Source: Candidatus Hadarchaeota archaeon (GTDB lineage Archaea > CAYQAE01 > CAYVLA01). Taken from it: DNA of 64,000 bases. The stretch is taken from positions 96,001-160,000 of the forward strand of contig CAZUNO010000004.1 in NCBI GenBank assembly GCA_964621445.1, given 5' to 3'. Made by a program: the position numbers and the translations under genes. Of this stretch, positions 26,675-37,274 are shown in pieces. The notes under the pieces were generated by a model. The model was not told where the DNA came from. It made no database searches and was given only the letters and a program-made list of their open reading frames with translations. The stretch's first letter is position 1, and each line of letters begins with the position of its first letter.

Positions 26675-29356
26675 TCAATCAGCTAGCTCCTTGTACAACT
26701 GGCCGATAATCAGTACAACCGAACTCAGTGCGAATATCAATAGCCAGCCGAGGTTACCTGGGTCCGTTGTCCTGAGAACCATGGCCAAGGGTGGGAGATA
26801 AACGGCGGCGAATAGAAGCCCCGTACACAGGGCGAGCGAGCCCCAGATATAGATATTCTGGGTCAACTCATTTCGCAAAATTCCAGTTCCCTTTCCCCTC
26901 ATGTTGAATACATGCCAGAGCTGGGCAAAAGCCAAGGTCAGGAATGATGCCGTAACGGCCTGGGATTCACTCATTCCTAACCAGGACAAGCCCATAAACA
27001 GGATCATCAAAACGGAGACGGTTATGATGGACCCATAACCGGATATTCCCATCCATGCAGAACGGGGGAGTATGGGCTCCTCGGGGTCTCGAGGTTTTCT
27101 CTCCATGATATTGGGGTGACCGGATCCCGTTGCCATGGCCAGGGCCGGGAATATATCGGTCACCAGGTTAAGGAAAAGTATCTGGAGGGGTAGTATCGGT
27201 AGCGGTGCGTTGGCGATTGAGGCCAGGCCAACTACCATGATCTCGCTAAGGTTGCAGGAGAGAAGAAAATAAACCACCTTCCTTATGTTGTCGAATATGA
27301 CCCTCCCCTGCTCCACCGCGGTGGCAATTGTGGAGAAGGAATCGTCCTCCAGAATCATGTCAGCCGCCTCCCTGGCGACCTGGGTTCCCCTTTGCCCCAT
27401 GGCCACCCCTATATCGGCTTCCTTTAGTGCGGGTGCATCGTTGACACCGTCTCCGGTCATTGCCACTATGGAACCATTTTTCTGGTGTATATCGATGAGA
27501 TCAAGCTTTTGTTTGGGATCCACTCTGGCGAACACCGAGGTATTAAGAATCTCACTCCGTCCTTCAGATGGCGTGTCAGCCAGCTCCTTTAACCTCTGAC
27601 CACTCATTACTGGGTCAGAAGGCCCCGAGAGCCCGACCTGGACTGCGATATTGCGCGCGGTTACTGCCTGGTCCCCGGTGACCATTATCACTCGAATCCC
27701 GGCCTTCTTGCAGGATTGGATGGAGGCCTTAACCTCCTTTCTCGGAGGATCCTCCAGGCCCACCAAGGCTATGAAATTCAGGTCCTCGTACGGTTCAACT
27801 CCCGGATCCCGGACCTCCTTTTGAGCCAGGGCCAGAACCCGCAATCCGGACTCCGCCATCCTTCTATTTTCCTCCAGAAGTTCCTCGGAATCCTTAGGGT
27901 CCAGAGTATGAGCCCCCTCTTCCGAGATATAACCCGAACAGACCTTTATTACCTCCTCCGGAGCGCCCTTGACAGCCACTCGATAGTTGGAGTTCATCCT
28001 ATGATAGGTGGCCATCATCTTAGTGCTTGAGTCAAATGCCTCCTCCCTCTCCTCCGGTAGCCTTTCTATCAGGTCATCTCGCTCTATCCCTGCTTTGGAG
28101 GCCGCTGACAGTAAGGCGATTTCCATTGGGTCCCCCACTGACTTTCCCTCGGGGCCTAGGGTGGCATTGTTACAGAGAGCTGCCACCTCAAATCCAGCTC
28201 TGAGAACGGATTTCTCATCTATCTCCATTATCCCCTCATCCTCACTAGGAATGGAGAAGTCCTCGCTTTTCGATGAAAGATTGGTCACCGTCATCCGATT
28301 TTCGGTTAGCGTGCCCGTCTTATCGGTGCATATTACGGTGGTCGCTCCCAGGGTTTCGACTGCAGACAGCCTGTTGATAAGGGCATTTTTCCGGGCCATT
28401 CTTAACATGCCCCGGGCCAGGGCTATGGTGGCCACTATGGGAAGTCCCTCGGGAACCGTGGCCACGGCGAGAGCAATGCCCGTTTCAATCATCAGGAACA
28501 GCTCTCTACCCGCTAAGAGCCCTGATACGGTAACTAGGGCGGCAACGACTACGGTCACCCATACTAGCTTTCTTCCCAGTCCCTGCAGGCGTTTTTCTAG
28601 CGGGGTTATTTCCTTCTCCGCGGTGGCAACCAGCGATGAGATCTTCCCCAGTTCGGTATCCATACCGGTATTCACCACCACCCCCGTACCACTCCCCCTG
28701 GTTACCGCCGTTCCCTTGAACAGCATGCTAGCTCTTTCGGCTAGTGGAACTTCTCTATCAACCGGTTGACTTTGCTTGCCAACGGGAAGAGATTCGCCGG
28801 TAAGTGTTGATTCATCCGCCTCCATCCTGGATGTTTCCAACAGCCTAAGGTCGGCGGATATAACGTCGCCTCCTTCCAGTATAACGATGTCGCCTGGAAC
28901 CAGATCTTCAGCAGAGATTTCCTGAACCGAGCCATCCCGACGTACCTTTGTGGAAACCGTGCCCAGGCGCCTTAAGGCCTCCATGGATCGAATTGCCCTA
29001 AGCTCGGTCACAAACCCGATTATTCCGTTAATCAGAATGACGGCAAGGATGGCGATGCCCTCCAGGTTCTCCCCAAACAGAAACGACAGACCAGCAGCCA
29101 CTGCCAAAAGAACTACTATCAGACTTTTAAACTGATGAAGAAGTACGCTCCACCAGGGTTCCTTTTCCGCCTCCTCCAGATGGTTGGGTCCGAATATCCT
29201 ACTGCGACGAGATGCCTCTGCGCTTGAGAGGCCTTCCTTTGGATCAACCACCAAGTCGTCGAGTAGAGATTCACTATCCTCGGACCACGGAAATTGTGGT
29301 ACTGAAGGCCGTTGGTTTTCGCCTGAATTGGCCACGAAGCTTCCAGGCGGGTTCAA
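26675..29356 (-). CDS. Type II (Ca2+/cation-transporting) P-type ATPase
   Basis: TGES, PEGLP, DKTGTLT, KGAPE, TGDGVNDAPALK. Confidence 0.95.
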   Translation of the reverse strand: MNPPGSFVANSGENQRPSVPQFPWSEDSESLLDDLVVDPKEGLSSAEASRRSRIFGPNHLEEAEKEPWWSVLLHQFKSLIVVLLAVAAGLSFLFGENLEGIAILAVILINGIIGFVTELRAIRSMEALRRLGTVSTKVRRDGSVQEISAEDLVPGDIVILEGGDVISADLRLLETSRMEADESTLTGESLPVGKQSQPVDREVPLAERASMLFKGTAVTRGSGTGVVVNTGMDTELGKISSLVATAEKEITPLEKRLQGLGRKLVWVTVVVAALVTVSGLLAGRELFLMIETGIALAVATVPEGLPIVATIALARGMLRMARKNALINRLSAVETLGATTVICTDKTGTLTENRMTVTNLSSKSEDFSIPSEDEGIMEIDEKSVLRAGFEVAALCNNATLGPEGKSVGDPMEIALLSAASKAGIERDDLIERLPEEREEAFDSSTKMMATYHRMNSNYRVAVKGAPEEVIKVCSGYISEEGAHTLDPKDSEELLEENRRMAESGLRVLALAQKEVRDPGVEPYEDLNFIALVGLEDPPRKEVKASIQSCKKAGIRVIMVTGDQAVTARNIAVQVGLSGPSDPVMSGQRLKELADTPSEGRSEILNTSVFARVDPKQKLDLIDIHQKNGSIVAMTGDGVNDAPALKEADIGVAMGQRGTQVAREAADMILEDDSFSTIATAVEQGRVIFDNIRKVVYFLLSCNLSEIMVVGLASIANAPLPILPLQILFLNLVTDIFPALAMATGSGHPNIMERKPRDPEEPILPRSAWMGISGYGSIITVSVLMILFMGLSWLGMSESQAVTASFLTLAFAQLWHVFNMRGKGTGILRNELTQNIYIWGSLALCTGLLFAAVYLPPLAMVLRTTDPGNLGWLLIFALSSVVLIIGQLYKELAD

Positions 29357-29476
29357 GTCTTAAATCTTCCATGGATCATTGAACTCATCGTTTTGAGCGT
29401 GGGGCCGATTATGACAAAGATCTGAAAATCCAATAGTATGTTTTAAACCCCGCTAATATCCAACCAAGGTACGATC

Positions 29477-31468
29477 ATGAAGCGGGATCATGACCACCAA
29501 AAGGAGAAGCATCAGGATCATCACCGGATGATGAAGGACTTCAGGAGAAGATTCTGGATCTCCTTGATCCTCACGGTTCCCATACTCGCATTGTCCCCCA
29601 TGATACAATCCTTCCTGGGGATTGAAGGGGCAATCTCGTTTCCAGGGGACAGCTTTGTACTGCTGGGGCTTTCGGTGTTGGTTTTTTTCTACGGCGGATG
29701 GCCGTTTCTTTCCGGCATAGTTAGAGAACTCAGGCAGAAGCAGCCCGGAATGATGACCCTTATCGCCGTGGCAATAATTGTTGCCTTCATCTACAGCGCT
29801 GCGGTGGTTCTGGGCATTCCTGGTAGGTTCTTCTTCTGGGAGTTAGCCACTCTAATCGACGTTATGTTACTTGGGCATTGGGTGGAAATGAAATCGGTAA
29901 TGAGCGCCTCCAATGCTCTTGAGGAACTGGTCAAACTAATGCCCTCCAAGGCCCACAGGTTGAAGGAGGATGGATCCACGGAAGATGTGGATATCGAGGA
30001 GCTTACGAGAGAGGACAAAGTCAGGGTTAAACCGGGAGAAAAGTTCCCTACCGACGGTAAGATATCCGAGGGGGAGACCACGGTAAATGAATCCATGTTA
30101 ACCGGGGAGTCGAAACCTGTGGCAAAGGAGCCCGGCGACGAGGTGATAGGCGGATCGGTAAACAATGAGGGGGTGGTTACCGTTGTGGTCGAGAAGACCG
30201 GTGAGGAGACATTTCTTTCCCAGATCATTGAAATGGTTGAAGATGCTCAAGAGAGCAAATCGAGAGCACAGGACCTTGCCAACAGAGCGGCCTTCTTGTT
30301 GGTAGTCGTCGCTCTTTCAGTGGGATTCGTAACCCTAGCAGCCTGGCTCTGGGCGGGTAAGGATTTCGTCTACGCGCTTGAGAGATCGGTAACGGTAATG
30401 GTAATAACCTGCCCGCATGCGCTTGGCCTCGCGGTACCCCTAGTCATCGCCACCATAACCGCACTGGGGGCAAGGGAGGGCCTTCTAATACGTAACAGAA
30501 CCCCCTTCGAGAAGGCACGTGAACTAGCAGCCATCGTATTCGACAAAACCGGAACCCTGACCGAAGGTCGCTTCGGAGTTGAGGACATCCTATCCTGGGG
30601 AAGGGAGAAATCCGAGATAATTCAACTCGCCGCATCCGTGGAAAATCTATCCGAGCATCCGATAGCACAGGGAATATTGAACGAGGCCCAAAGGCGAGAG
30701 CTTGAGGTTCTGGAGGCAAACGATTTCAAGGCCATGAAAGGAAAAGGCGTTGTAGCCAGCATAAAAGGAAAGGAGATTTCGGTTGTTTCGGAAAAATATC
30801 TCCAGGAGAAGGACATCGAGATACCTGACAGCGAGAATGGAATTGAAAGTGGGGGCAGAAGTATCGTGTATGTCCTGGAAAATGGTACTCCAATTGGCTG
30901 CTTGGCTTTGGGCGATGTGGTCAGGGGAGAATCAAAGGAGGCCATTCGGAGACTGAAGGAGATGGGACTAAGATGCATGATGATGACCGGGGACACCGAG
31001 GAGGTTGCCAGATCGGTGGCCGGAGAACTGGGTCTGGATGAATATTTTGCAGAGGTTCTACCTGACGAGAAATCACGAAGAATCCAGGATATCCAGCAGC
31101 GAGGGCTTTCAGTTGCCATGACCGGAGACGGGGTTAACGATGCACCTGCCCTGGCCAGGGCGGATCTTGGTATCGCTATCGGGGCTGGAACCGATGTGGC
31201 CATTGAAACTGCTGATGTAGTTCTGGTCAAGAACGATCCCAGGGATGTGGTTAGCGTCATTAACCTCTCCAAGACATCATATAGCAAGACCCTACAGAAC
31301 CTATTGTGGGCAACCGGTTACAATGTAATAGCCATCCCCCTGGCCGCAGGTGTTCTTGCCTCGGCAAATATAATACTCAGTCCCGCTGCCGGTGCCATGC
31401 TAATGTCAGTTAGCACGGTCATCGTGGCCATTAACGCGAAATTGATTAAGGGTCCGGATGGTTCCTAA
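29477..31468 (+). CDS. copB: Copper-exporting P1B-3 ATPase
   Basis: His-rich N terminus, CPH motif in the TM, DKTGTLT, SEHP, GDGVNDAP, YN and MSxST motifs. Confidence 0.92.
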   Translation: MKRDHDHQKEKHQDHHRMMKDFRRRFWISLILTVPILALSPMIQSFLGIEGAISFPGDSFVLLGLSVLVFFYGGWPFLSGIVRELRQKQPGMMTLIAVAIIVAFIYSAAVVLGIPGRFFFWELATLIDVMLLGHWVEMKSVMSASNALEELVKLMPSKAHRLKEDGSTEDVDIEELTREDKVRVKPGEKFPTDGKISEGETTVNESMLTGESKPVAKEPGDEVIGGSVNNEGVVTVVVEKTGEETFLSQIIEMVEDAQESKSRAQDLANRAAFLLVVVALSVGFVTLAAWLWAGKDFVYALERSVTVMVITCPHALGLAVPLVIATITALGAREGLLIRNRTPFEKARELAAIVFDKTGTLTEGRFGVEDILSWGREKSEIIQLAASVENLSEHPIAQGILNEAQRRELEVLEANDFKAMKGKGVVASIKGKEISVVSEKYLQEKDIEIPDSENGIESGGRSIVYVLENGTPIGCLALGDVVRGESKEAIRRLKEMGLRCMMMTGDTEEVARSVAGELGLDEYFAEVLPDEKSRRIQDIQQRGLSVAMTGDGVNDAPALARADLGIAIGAGTDVAIETADVVLVKNDPRDVVSVINLSKTSYSKTLQNLLWATGYNVIAIPLAAGVLASANIILSPAAGAMLMSVSTVIVAINAKLIKGPDGS

Positions 31469-31507
31469 ATCGCTTGCTAACATAAATGACCATCAGGAAG
31501 GAAACCG

Positions 31508-32443
31508 ATGAAAATTTTTGAAGACGTAACACAGGTTATCGGTGATACGCCATTAATCAAACTGCAGAAGGTTGCCGCCGAATCAAAGGGAACCATACTG
31601 GCAAAGCTGGAAAGCATGAATCCATTGGGTTCTATTAAGGAAAGGATAGCCCTTTCCATGATTCACGAGGCAGAGGCCAACGGGAAATTGAGCCCTGGGG
31701 ACACGGTGATAGAGCCCACAAGTGGGAACACTGGGATTGGTCTTGCCCTTGTCTGTGCCGTGCGGGGATATGATTGCATTCTTGTCATGCCAGAAACGGT
31801 AAGCGAGGAAAGAAAAAAGGTATTGAGTGCACTGGGCGCTGAGATCATATTGACACCACCTGGGAAGGGGATGAAGGACTGTATCTCCATGGTCGAGGGT
31901 CTGGTTCGTGAGAATGAGATGTACGTCTTCCTGAACCAGTTCACCAATCCCGCGAATCCGAGGGCCCACAAGGAAAAAACGGGGATGGAGATATGGAGGG
32001 ATACCGAAGGTGAAGTTGATATCCTGGTTGCCGGGGCTGGCACCGGAGGAACCATTACCGGGGCCACTGAGTTTCTAAAATCCAAGAAACCATCATTGAA
32101 ATCCGTGGTGGTAGAACCCGCTGAATCCCCGGTTCTATCACAGGGGAGGAAGGGAAGTCACAAGATAGAGGGCATAGGACCCGGCTTCATACCGGAAGTG
32201 CTTAGAACCGAAATTCTGGACGAGATATTCCCGGTAAAGAGCGACCAGGCCATAAACATGGGGCGTCGCTTGGCCTGTGAAGAGGGTATTATGTGCGGAA
32301 CCTCATCAGGAGCGGCTGTACATGCTGCCGTCGAAATTGGTAAAAGATTGACTAACCGCGGCATGACCATCGTGGTTATACTTCCCGATACCGGGATGCG
32401 ATATCTTAGCACCGAGCTGTTCGCTCGCCATTCAGGAGGGTGA
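31508..32443 (+). CDS. cysK: Cysteine synthase A (O-acetylserine thiol-lyase)
   Basis: NPLGSIKERI (PLP lysine), EPTSGNTG, GTGGT, HKIEGIG, DTGMRYLST. Confidence 0.95.
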   Translation: MKIFEDVTQVIGDTPLIKLQKVAAESKGTILAKLESMNPLGSIKERIALSMIHEAEANGKLSPGDTVIEPTSGNTGIGLALVCAVRGYDCILVMPETVSEERKKVLSALGAEIILTPPGKGMKDCISMVEGLVRENEMYVFLNQFTNPANPRAHKEKTGMEIWRDTEGEVDILVAGAGTGGTITGATEFLKSKKPSLKSVVVEPAESPVLSQGRKGSHKIEGIGPGFIPEVLRTEILDEIFPVKSDQAINMGRRLACEEGIMCGTSSGAAVHAAVEIGKRLTNRGMTIVVILPDTGMRYLSTELFARHSGG

Positions 32444-32447
32444 TAAT

Positions 32448-33401
32448 ATGGATCAAGATGAAGAGGATGACCCGGTTACAGAGGCCAAATTGACTTGGGA
32501 AGATGACCTTTCCGAACTCGTTGACTCGGTGATGGCGAGTTATGATAGAGAAGGTGGAATAAATATCCAGGAAAGACAGAACCTGCCCTCCAGAACCGAG
32601 GTATCGGATCTACTTGACGGGTTTCTCAGCCTTCTTTTCCCCGGTTATCTTGGTCTTCAGGGGATTTCAAGATCGGATACGAGGTATGTGATCGGTAACT
32701 CTCTCCATTCCACCCAAGATCTTCTCCAGAACCTTATAGAGAGATGTCTCAAACACGAATGCGATAGAAAGGAGAAGTGTGATACCGACCGCTGTGCGGC
32801 CAGGGCATACAGGGTATCTTCGGAACTACTGAGGAGCATACCCCGGACCCGGGAACTATTGAAGGAGGACATACAGGCAGCCTATGACGGGGATCCAGCG
32901 GCAAAAAGCCTGGAGGAGGTTATTCTATCATATCCAGCGATATTGGCCATATCCACATACAGGATAGCGAACCAGCTCTACGAACGGGATATTCCTTTCG
33001 TCCCTAGAGTTATGTCGGAAAGGGCACATAGCCTCACGGGAATAGATATTCATCCAGGTGCCAGCATAGGAAGGAGATTCTTCATCGACCATGGCACGGG
33101 AACGGTGATAGGGGAGACGGCGGTAATAGGGGATAACGTTAAACTCTACCAGGGAGTGACTCTGGGTGCGCTAAGTTTTCCCAAGGACGAGAGGGGGCGT
33201 ATAATCAAGGGGGGCAAGAGACATCCGACCATAGAGGACAATGTTGTCATATATTCAGGGGGCACGATTCTGGGAGGGGAGACGGTCATTGGCCATGACT
33301 CGGTAATAGGTGGAAACTGCTGGATAGTCAAATCCGTGGAACCAAACACCAAGGTAACCATCCACGCTCCGCACCAGCATTACCGAAACACCGAAGAATA
33401 A
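32448..33401 (+). CDS. cysE: Serine O-acetyltransferase
   Basis: GDPAA, TGIDIHPGA, FFIDHGTG, LYQGVTLG, KRHPT. Confidence 0.95.
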   Translation: MDQDEEDDPVTEAKLTWEDDLSELVDSVMASYDREGGINIQERQNLPSRTEVSDLLDGFLSLLFPGYLGLQGISRSDTRYVIGNSLHSTQDLLQNLIERCLKHECDRKEKCDTDRCAARAYRVSSELLRSIPRTRELLKEDIQAAYDGDPAAKSLEEVILSYPAILAISTYRIANQLYERDIPFVPRVMSERAHSLTGIDIHPGASIGRRFFIDHGTGTVIGETAVIGDNVKLYQGVTLGALSFPKDERGRIIKGGKRHPTIEDNVVIYSGGTILGGETVIGHDSVIGGNCWIVKSVEPNTKVTIHAPHQHYRNTEE

Positions 33402-33406
33402 TTCAA

Positions 33407-34387
33407 TCAACCCAACACTTCTGGGTTTACCAAATTTGGTGGCCTTTCCCCCTTCATGGCGGCGATTATATTTTGGGCGGCCATCTCGGACATCCTATTT
33501 CGGGTTTCGATGGATCCGCTGGCGATGTGGGGGGTGAGAATCGCATTAGAAAGCTCGATCAACCTCTGGGATACCTCCGGCTCATTCTCGAAAACGTCCA
33601 GGCCTGCAGCTGCAATTCCCCCCTTTTCCAGGGCCTCGGCCAGGGCATTTTCGTCAACTACCGGTCCACGGGATGTGTTAACGAGTATCGTGGAGGGCTT
33701 CATGGAATCAAGCTCCTCTCTACCTATCAGATGCCGGGTGGAGTGCGTGAGCGGGGTGTGAAGGCTTATGAAATCCGAGATTTCTATGAGCGTATCGAGA
33801 TCCACGTAATTAGCGCCGATATCCCTTTCCTTGACTTCTGACGCCCTTTCCACATCGCTATAGACCACCTTCATGTCGAAGCCCTTCGCCCTACGGGCTA
33901 CCGCGCTACCAATTCTTCCCAGCCCGATTATACCCAAAGTCTTTCCATGGACATCATAGCCCAGTAACATCTTGGATTCCCAACGCTTGAACCGACCTGC
34001 CCTCACAAATTCGTCGGCTTCAACGACCCTTCTGGCACAGCTCATTATCAGGGCCCAGGCCATATCGGCCGTGGTGTCCGTGAGTACGCCGGGCGTGTTG
34101 GTAACCCTGATACCCCTTTCCGTGGCTGCTGGAACCTCGATGTTGTCATAGCCAACTGCATAGTTCGAAATGATCTCCAGATTCTCCGAGGCATCCATTA
34201 CCTCCTGGTCAATTTGGTCGGTCAGCAGACAGAGAAGGGCTTCCTTGTTCTGCACTCCGCTAATTATCTCGGACTTCTCGGGGACATCCATTTTATCCCT
34301 GACCGTAACTTCCTTGCACTCCTTACGGAGGATATTTAATCCAATTTCGGGTATACCTCTGGTCACGAAAACATGGTAATCTGGCAT
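33407..34387 (-). CDS. Glyoxylate reductase / D-isomer 2-hydroxyacid dehydrogenase
   Basis: YAVGYDNI, NTPGVLT, GLGRIG, NTSRG, DVFENEP, TPHIAS. Likely start ATG 34387. Confidence 0.93.
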   Translation of the reverse strand: MPDYHVFVTRGIPEIGLNILRKECKEVTVRDKMDVPEKSEIISGVQNKEALLCLLTDQIDQEVMDASENLEIISNYAVGYDNIEVPAATERGIRVTNTPGVLTDTTADMAWALIMSCARRVVEADEFVRAGRFKRWESKMLLGYDVHGKTLGIIGLGRIGSAVARRAKGFDMKVVYSDVERASEVKERDIGANYVDLDTLIEISDFISLHTPLTHSTRHLIGREELDSMKPSTILVNTSRGPVVDENALAEALEKGGIAAAGLDVFENEPEVSQRLIELSNAILTPHIASGSIETRNRMSEMAAQNIIAAMKGERPPNLVNPEVLG

Positions 34388-34475
34388 TCTATCCCTGGGA
34401 TTCACAATCTGGAGATGGGTATTAACAATTACGGTAATGAAAGGAAGTGAAAGGTCCCCACAAACTGATTCATGC

Positions 34476-35348
34476 CTATTTGGAACCAACAAGGTGCTCC
34501 GCTATTATCCTCCTCAGGCGAAGGCGGTTCCTTCTGGTTTCAATATCGGAGCAGGATAGACCCATGGTTTCCAGGATGATAGGGCTGCTATATTCTATGT
34601 CCCTTAGGGTCCTTAATGCCTCCTTCCATGGTATATTTCCTTCAAGGGGAACCAGGTGTTGATCGGATGCACCCTCGTTGTCGTGGAGGTGTGTGGCTAT
34701 GAGAGTGTTGTTAAGCTGCCGTATAAAACCATCTAGTTCGAGAAGCGGTTTCTGGATGTTTGCATGGCCGAAATCAAGGCACACCCCTAGATTATCGGGG
34801 TCGATGGCCACAATTTGCAGCAGCTCAGATGGCTGGCAACAGAACCTTGCGGGCAGTACCATATTTCTATCATCGGCGATGGAAACCGGTTCCAAGGGAT
34901 CGAATTCGTTTTCCACCGCAACCCTGACCCCCACCTCATCCGCACACGAAGCAATCTCGGAAAAGGATTTCTTAACAAGCTCGGATGTACGCCCCATGTC
35001 CCGGTGGTACTCGCATGCATGTTCTACCATCACGGGAACCCCGAGTTCTGCTGCGTGGTTGAGAAATTTACAGCTTTTATGGATACTCCTGCTTCTAGTT
35101 TTGGGATCTGGGCTGCCGAGATCGAAGCCCGAACTGAGACTTGGGCCGTGTAACTGGACCGGGAATAGGTCCAGGGACCGGGCATGATCAGCTATTTCCC
35201 TCAGCTCCCGGTTTGGATCGTTATCCAGCCGTTGGACATGTCCGTAGCTGTATTCGAAGAACTCAAAGCCCGCGTCCGCGATCTCCTCCAATGCTTTCTC
35301 GGCCTCTACCATCCCAGCCCCGTGGAGAACTATGCCATAATCCATCAT
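34476..35348 (-). CDS. Sugar phosphate isomerase/epimerase (xylose-isomerase-like TIM barrel)
   Basis: AVENE, CLDFGHAN, HLHDN...DQHLVPLEGNIPW, IILE. Confidence 0.88.
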   Translation of the reverse strand: MMDYGIVLHGAGMVEAEKALEEIADAGFEFFEYSYGHVQRLDNDPNRELREIADHARSLDLFPVQLHGPSLSSGFDLGSPDPKTRSRSIHKSCKFLNHAAELGVPVMVEHACEYHRDMGRTSELVKKSFSEIASCADEVGVRVAVENEFDPLEPVSIADDRNMVLPARFCCQPSELLQIVAIDPDNLGVCLDFGHANIQKPLLELDGFIRQLNNTLIATHLHDNEGASDQHLVPLEGNIPWKEALRTLRDIEYSSPIILETMGLSCSDIETRRNRLRLRRIIAEHLVGSK

Positions 35349-35389
35349 TGATGGGGCTACAAACCTCTCAAGATAAATGATTACTGGGG

Positions 35390-37159
35390 TTAGGGTGACC
35401 GCAGATCAAAGGAATGCTCGGGTCTAAGGGAGACTACCGGGGAAGCTCCCGGACGGATGGTAAGTGCGCTTCGGCGCAGAACCCCCTCGTCGGCCGGGGT
35501 GATTTCCAGGGACCAATTTCCCTGACCTTCCTCTTCCGGCCAAATTTCCATCTCTGCCCTTCTCCTCCTAAGATTTGTCTGTGCCTCACCGGCTTTAAGT
35601 CCACTGGGCTCATAGAGGGTTAGGCGTGCGGTCTCCTCGCCAGATCCCCGAATTCGGACCGTGAAACGATCCGTAAGCTCAGGAACCCTAAAGTAGAGAC
35701 GTCCAATCTCCCCCATTAGATTTAGCCTTCTCGCTGCATATAGCCCAACTGCCGAGTTTGATTCAGTTATCCAATACAGAATATCATCCCCCTCCAGGGT
35801 AAGAGGATACACACCCGTGACCTTTGGTTTGAAGGAGATTTCGGACGGGCCCTCGGCCAATCTCCCCTTGTCGAGAATATCTAGGTTCGGGTCCTCTAGC
35901 GTCCATTTCACGGCGGAGCCGACCTCTCCCCTTGAATCTCTCCCTATTCCAACCTTGACCTCGTGACCGGAACTGGCACCTATCAACACAACATTCCGGC
36001 TCGTCATCTTTGCCACCGGGAAGTTTTCCATTCTAGGTGGGCGACCGGGGGACACTATCCTCCTCCTACGGCTATGGTCATCGGTGAGAGCCAGGCCCCA
36101 TATTGATTCCGTCTCCCTTGGACCTTTCCAGAATTCGAAATTGCCTTCCTTTATCGCCTGGTTTGCCTGTTTGAACCACCGGAAGTAATCCGCATGATCC
36201 TTCCCGTACTCCGGACCTTCATAGAAAACCCAGTATCCATCGCTAACTTCCGATATGCCGACTGCGTTTTTGCCGCAGAACTCGGGGTCCGCTCCGATAA
36301 CCACGGGATCGATACCTCCTATGTAGCTAAAGGGTATGTTGGCCCTTTCAGGTATCTCCATTCGTTTACCCAGCTTTTCCTGATTAACACGGATGGCATC
36401 TTCCTGAACCATCATTCTGGAAGGCCTTCCGTAGGTCGTTGCATCCGCAAGGATGATTGGCGCCTCTTTTGTCGACCATTCAGGATAGCAGGCCTCGGTC
36501 ATGAATGTGGTTCCCGGGGCCGGGTATATGCAAAACCTGAATTGGTGATTGCTCTGGTCTACGGCCTTTCTAAGCTCCTTGCAGTTATGGCGCCAATGTC
36601 TGATCTGAAAATCAACGAACTCCGAGTGGATTTTTTTCCTTTCCAGCCATTTTCTCCTCTCATCATTCCCCAGTTTGGGTATTTCAATGCCCTTATGGTT
36701 TGAAAACTTCTCCAGAATAACATCGTCGTATGAGATAGGGTAGCAGTTTCCATGATGGCGTGGTTTTCCGGACGCATAGTTCTCAAAGTCCAGAAAAACA
36801 CCAATGAGGTTTGGATATTTAGGGCTGATTCGGGCATGTTTTCTTATATGACCGCTCATCCAATCCCAGAATTCCGATGAATTTGGACTCCAGAGGTCCT
36901 GTTCAAGGCCCGAAGACCACACCAGCTTCCTTCCCGTCGCTCCGCCCTCCGGAGCTCTAAGAGTTCCGCCCATCCAAGGCATGTACATTAGCCCGTGCTT
37001 CTGGCACCACGTGGCAAGAGCCTCAACTTCGTCATAATCGTCATACCCTTGTCTGGGAGAATATAGGCTGAAACCTGCTTCCGCCGTCTCCTCGACCATC
37101 CATTCCTCGGCGACCCAATCTGCATCTTTTTGCATTACCTTGTCGACAAGTATCCTCAT
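35390..37159 (-). CDS. Hypothetical GH-like TIM-barrel protein, distant relative of the 1-1624 gene
   Basis: SPNSSEFW...GVFLDFENY...IPKLGNDERRKWL...EFVDFQ...ADATTYG...DGYWVFY aligns by eye with the 1-1624 protein. Likely start ATG 37159. Confidence 0.6.
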   Translation of the reverse strand: MRILVDKVMQKDADWVAEEWMVEETAEAGFSLYSPRQGYDDYDEVEALATWCQKHGLMYMPWMGGTLRAPEGGATGRKLVWSSGLEQDLWSPNSSEFWDWMSGHIRKHARISPKYPNLIGVFLDFENYASGKPRHHGNCYPISYDDVILEKFSNHKGIEIPKLGNDERRKWLERKKIHSEFVDFQIRHWRHNCKELRKAVDQSNHQFRFCIYPAPGTTFMTEACYPEWSTKEAPIILADATTYGRPSRMMVQEDAIRVNQEKLGKRMEIPERANIPFSYIGGIDPVVIGADPEFCGKNAVGISEVSDGYWVFYEGPEYGKDHADYFRWFKQANQAIKEGNFEFWKGPRETESIWGLALTDDHSRRRRIVSPGRPPRMENFPVAKMTSRNVVLIGASSGHEVKVGIGRDSRGEVGSAVKWTLEDPNLDILDKGRLAEGPSEISFKPKVTGVYPLTLEGDDILYWITESNSAVGLYAARRLNLMGEIGRLYFRVPELTDRFTVRIRGSGEETARLTLYEPSGLKAGEAQTNLRRRRAEMEIWPEEEGQGNWSLEITPADEGVLRRSALTIRPGASPVVSLRPEHSFDLRSP

Positions 37160-37274
37160 TATGTTATCCTCTCCCCTCAAGGAAAATCGTCTCCGAACTC
37201 GATTACAGAAGGTATGAAAAAATATTGCCCTAAGGAGGAAAATCTTTTCCAACCTGGGCAGCTGAGAAACCCCC

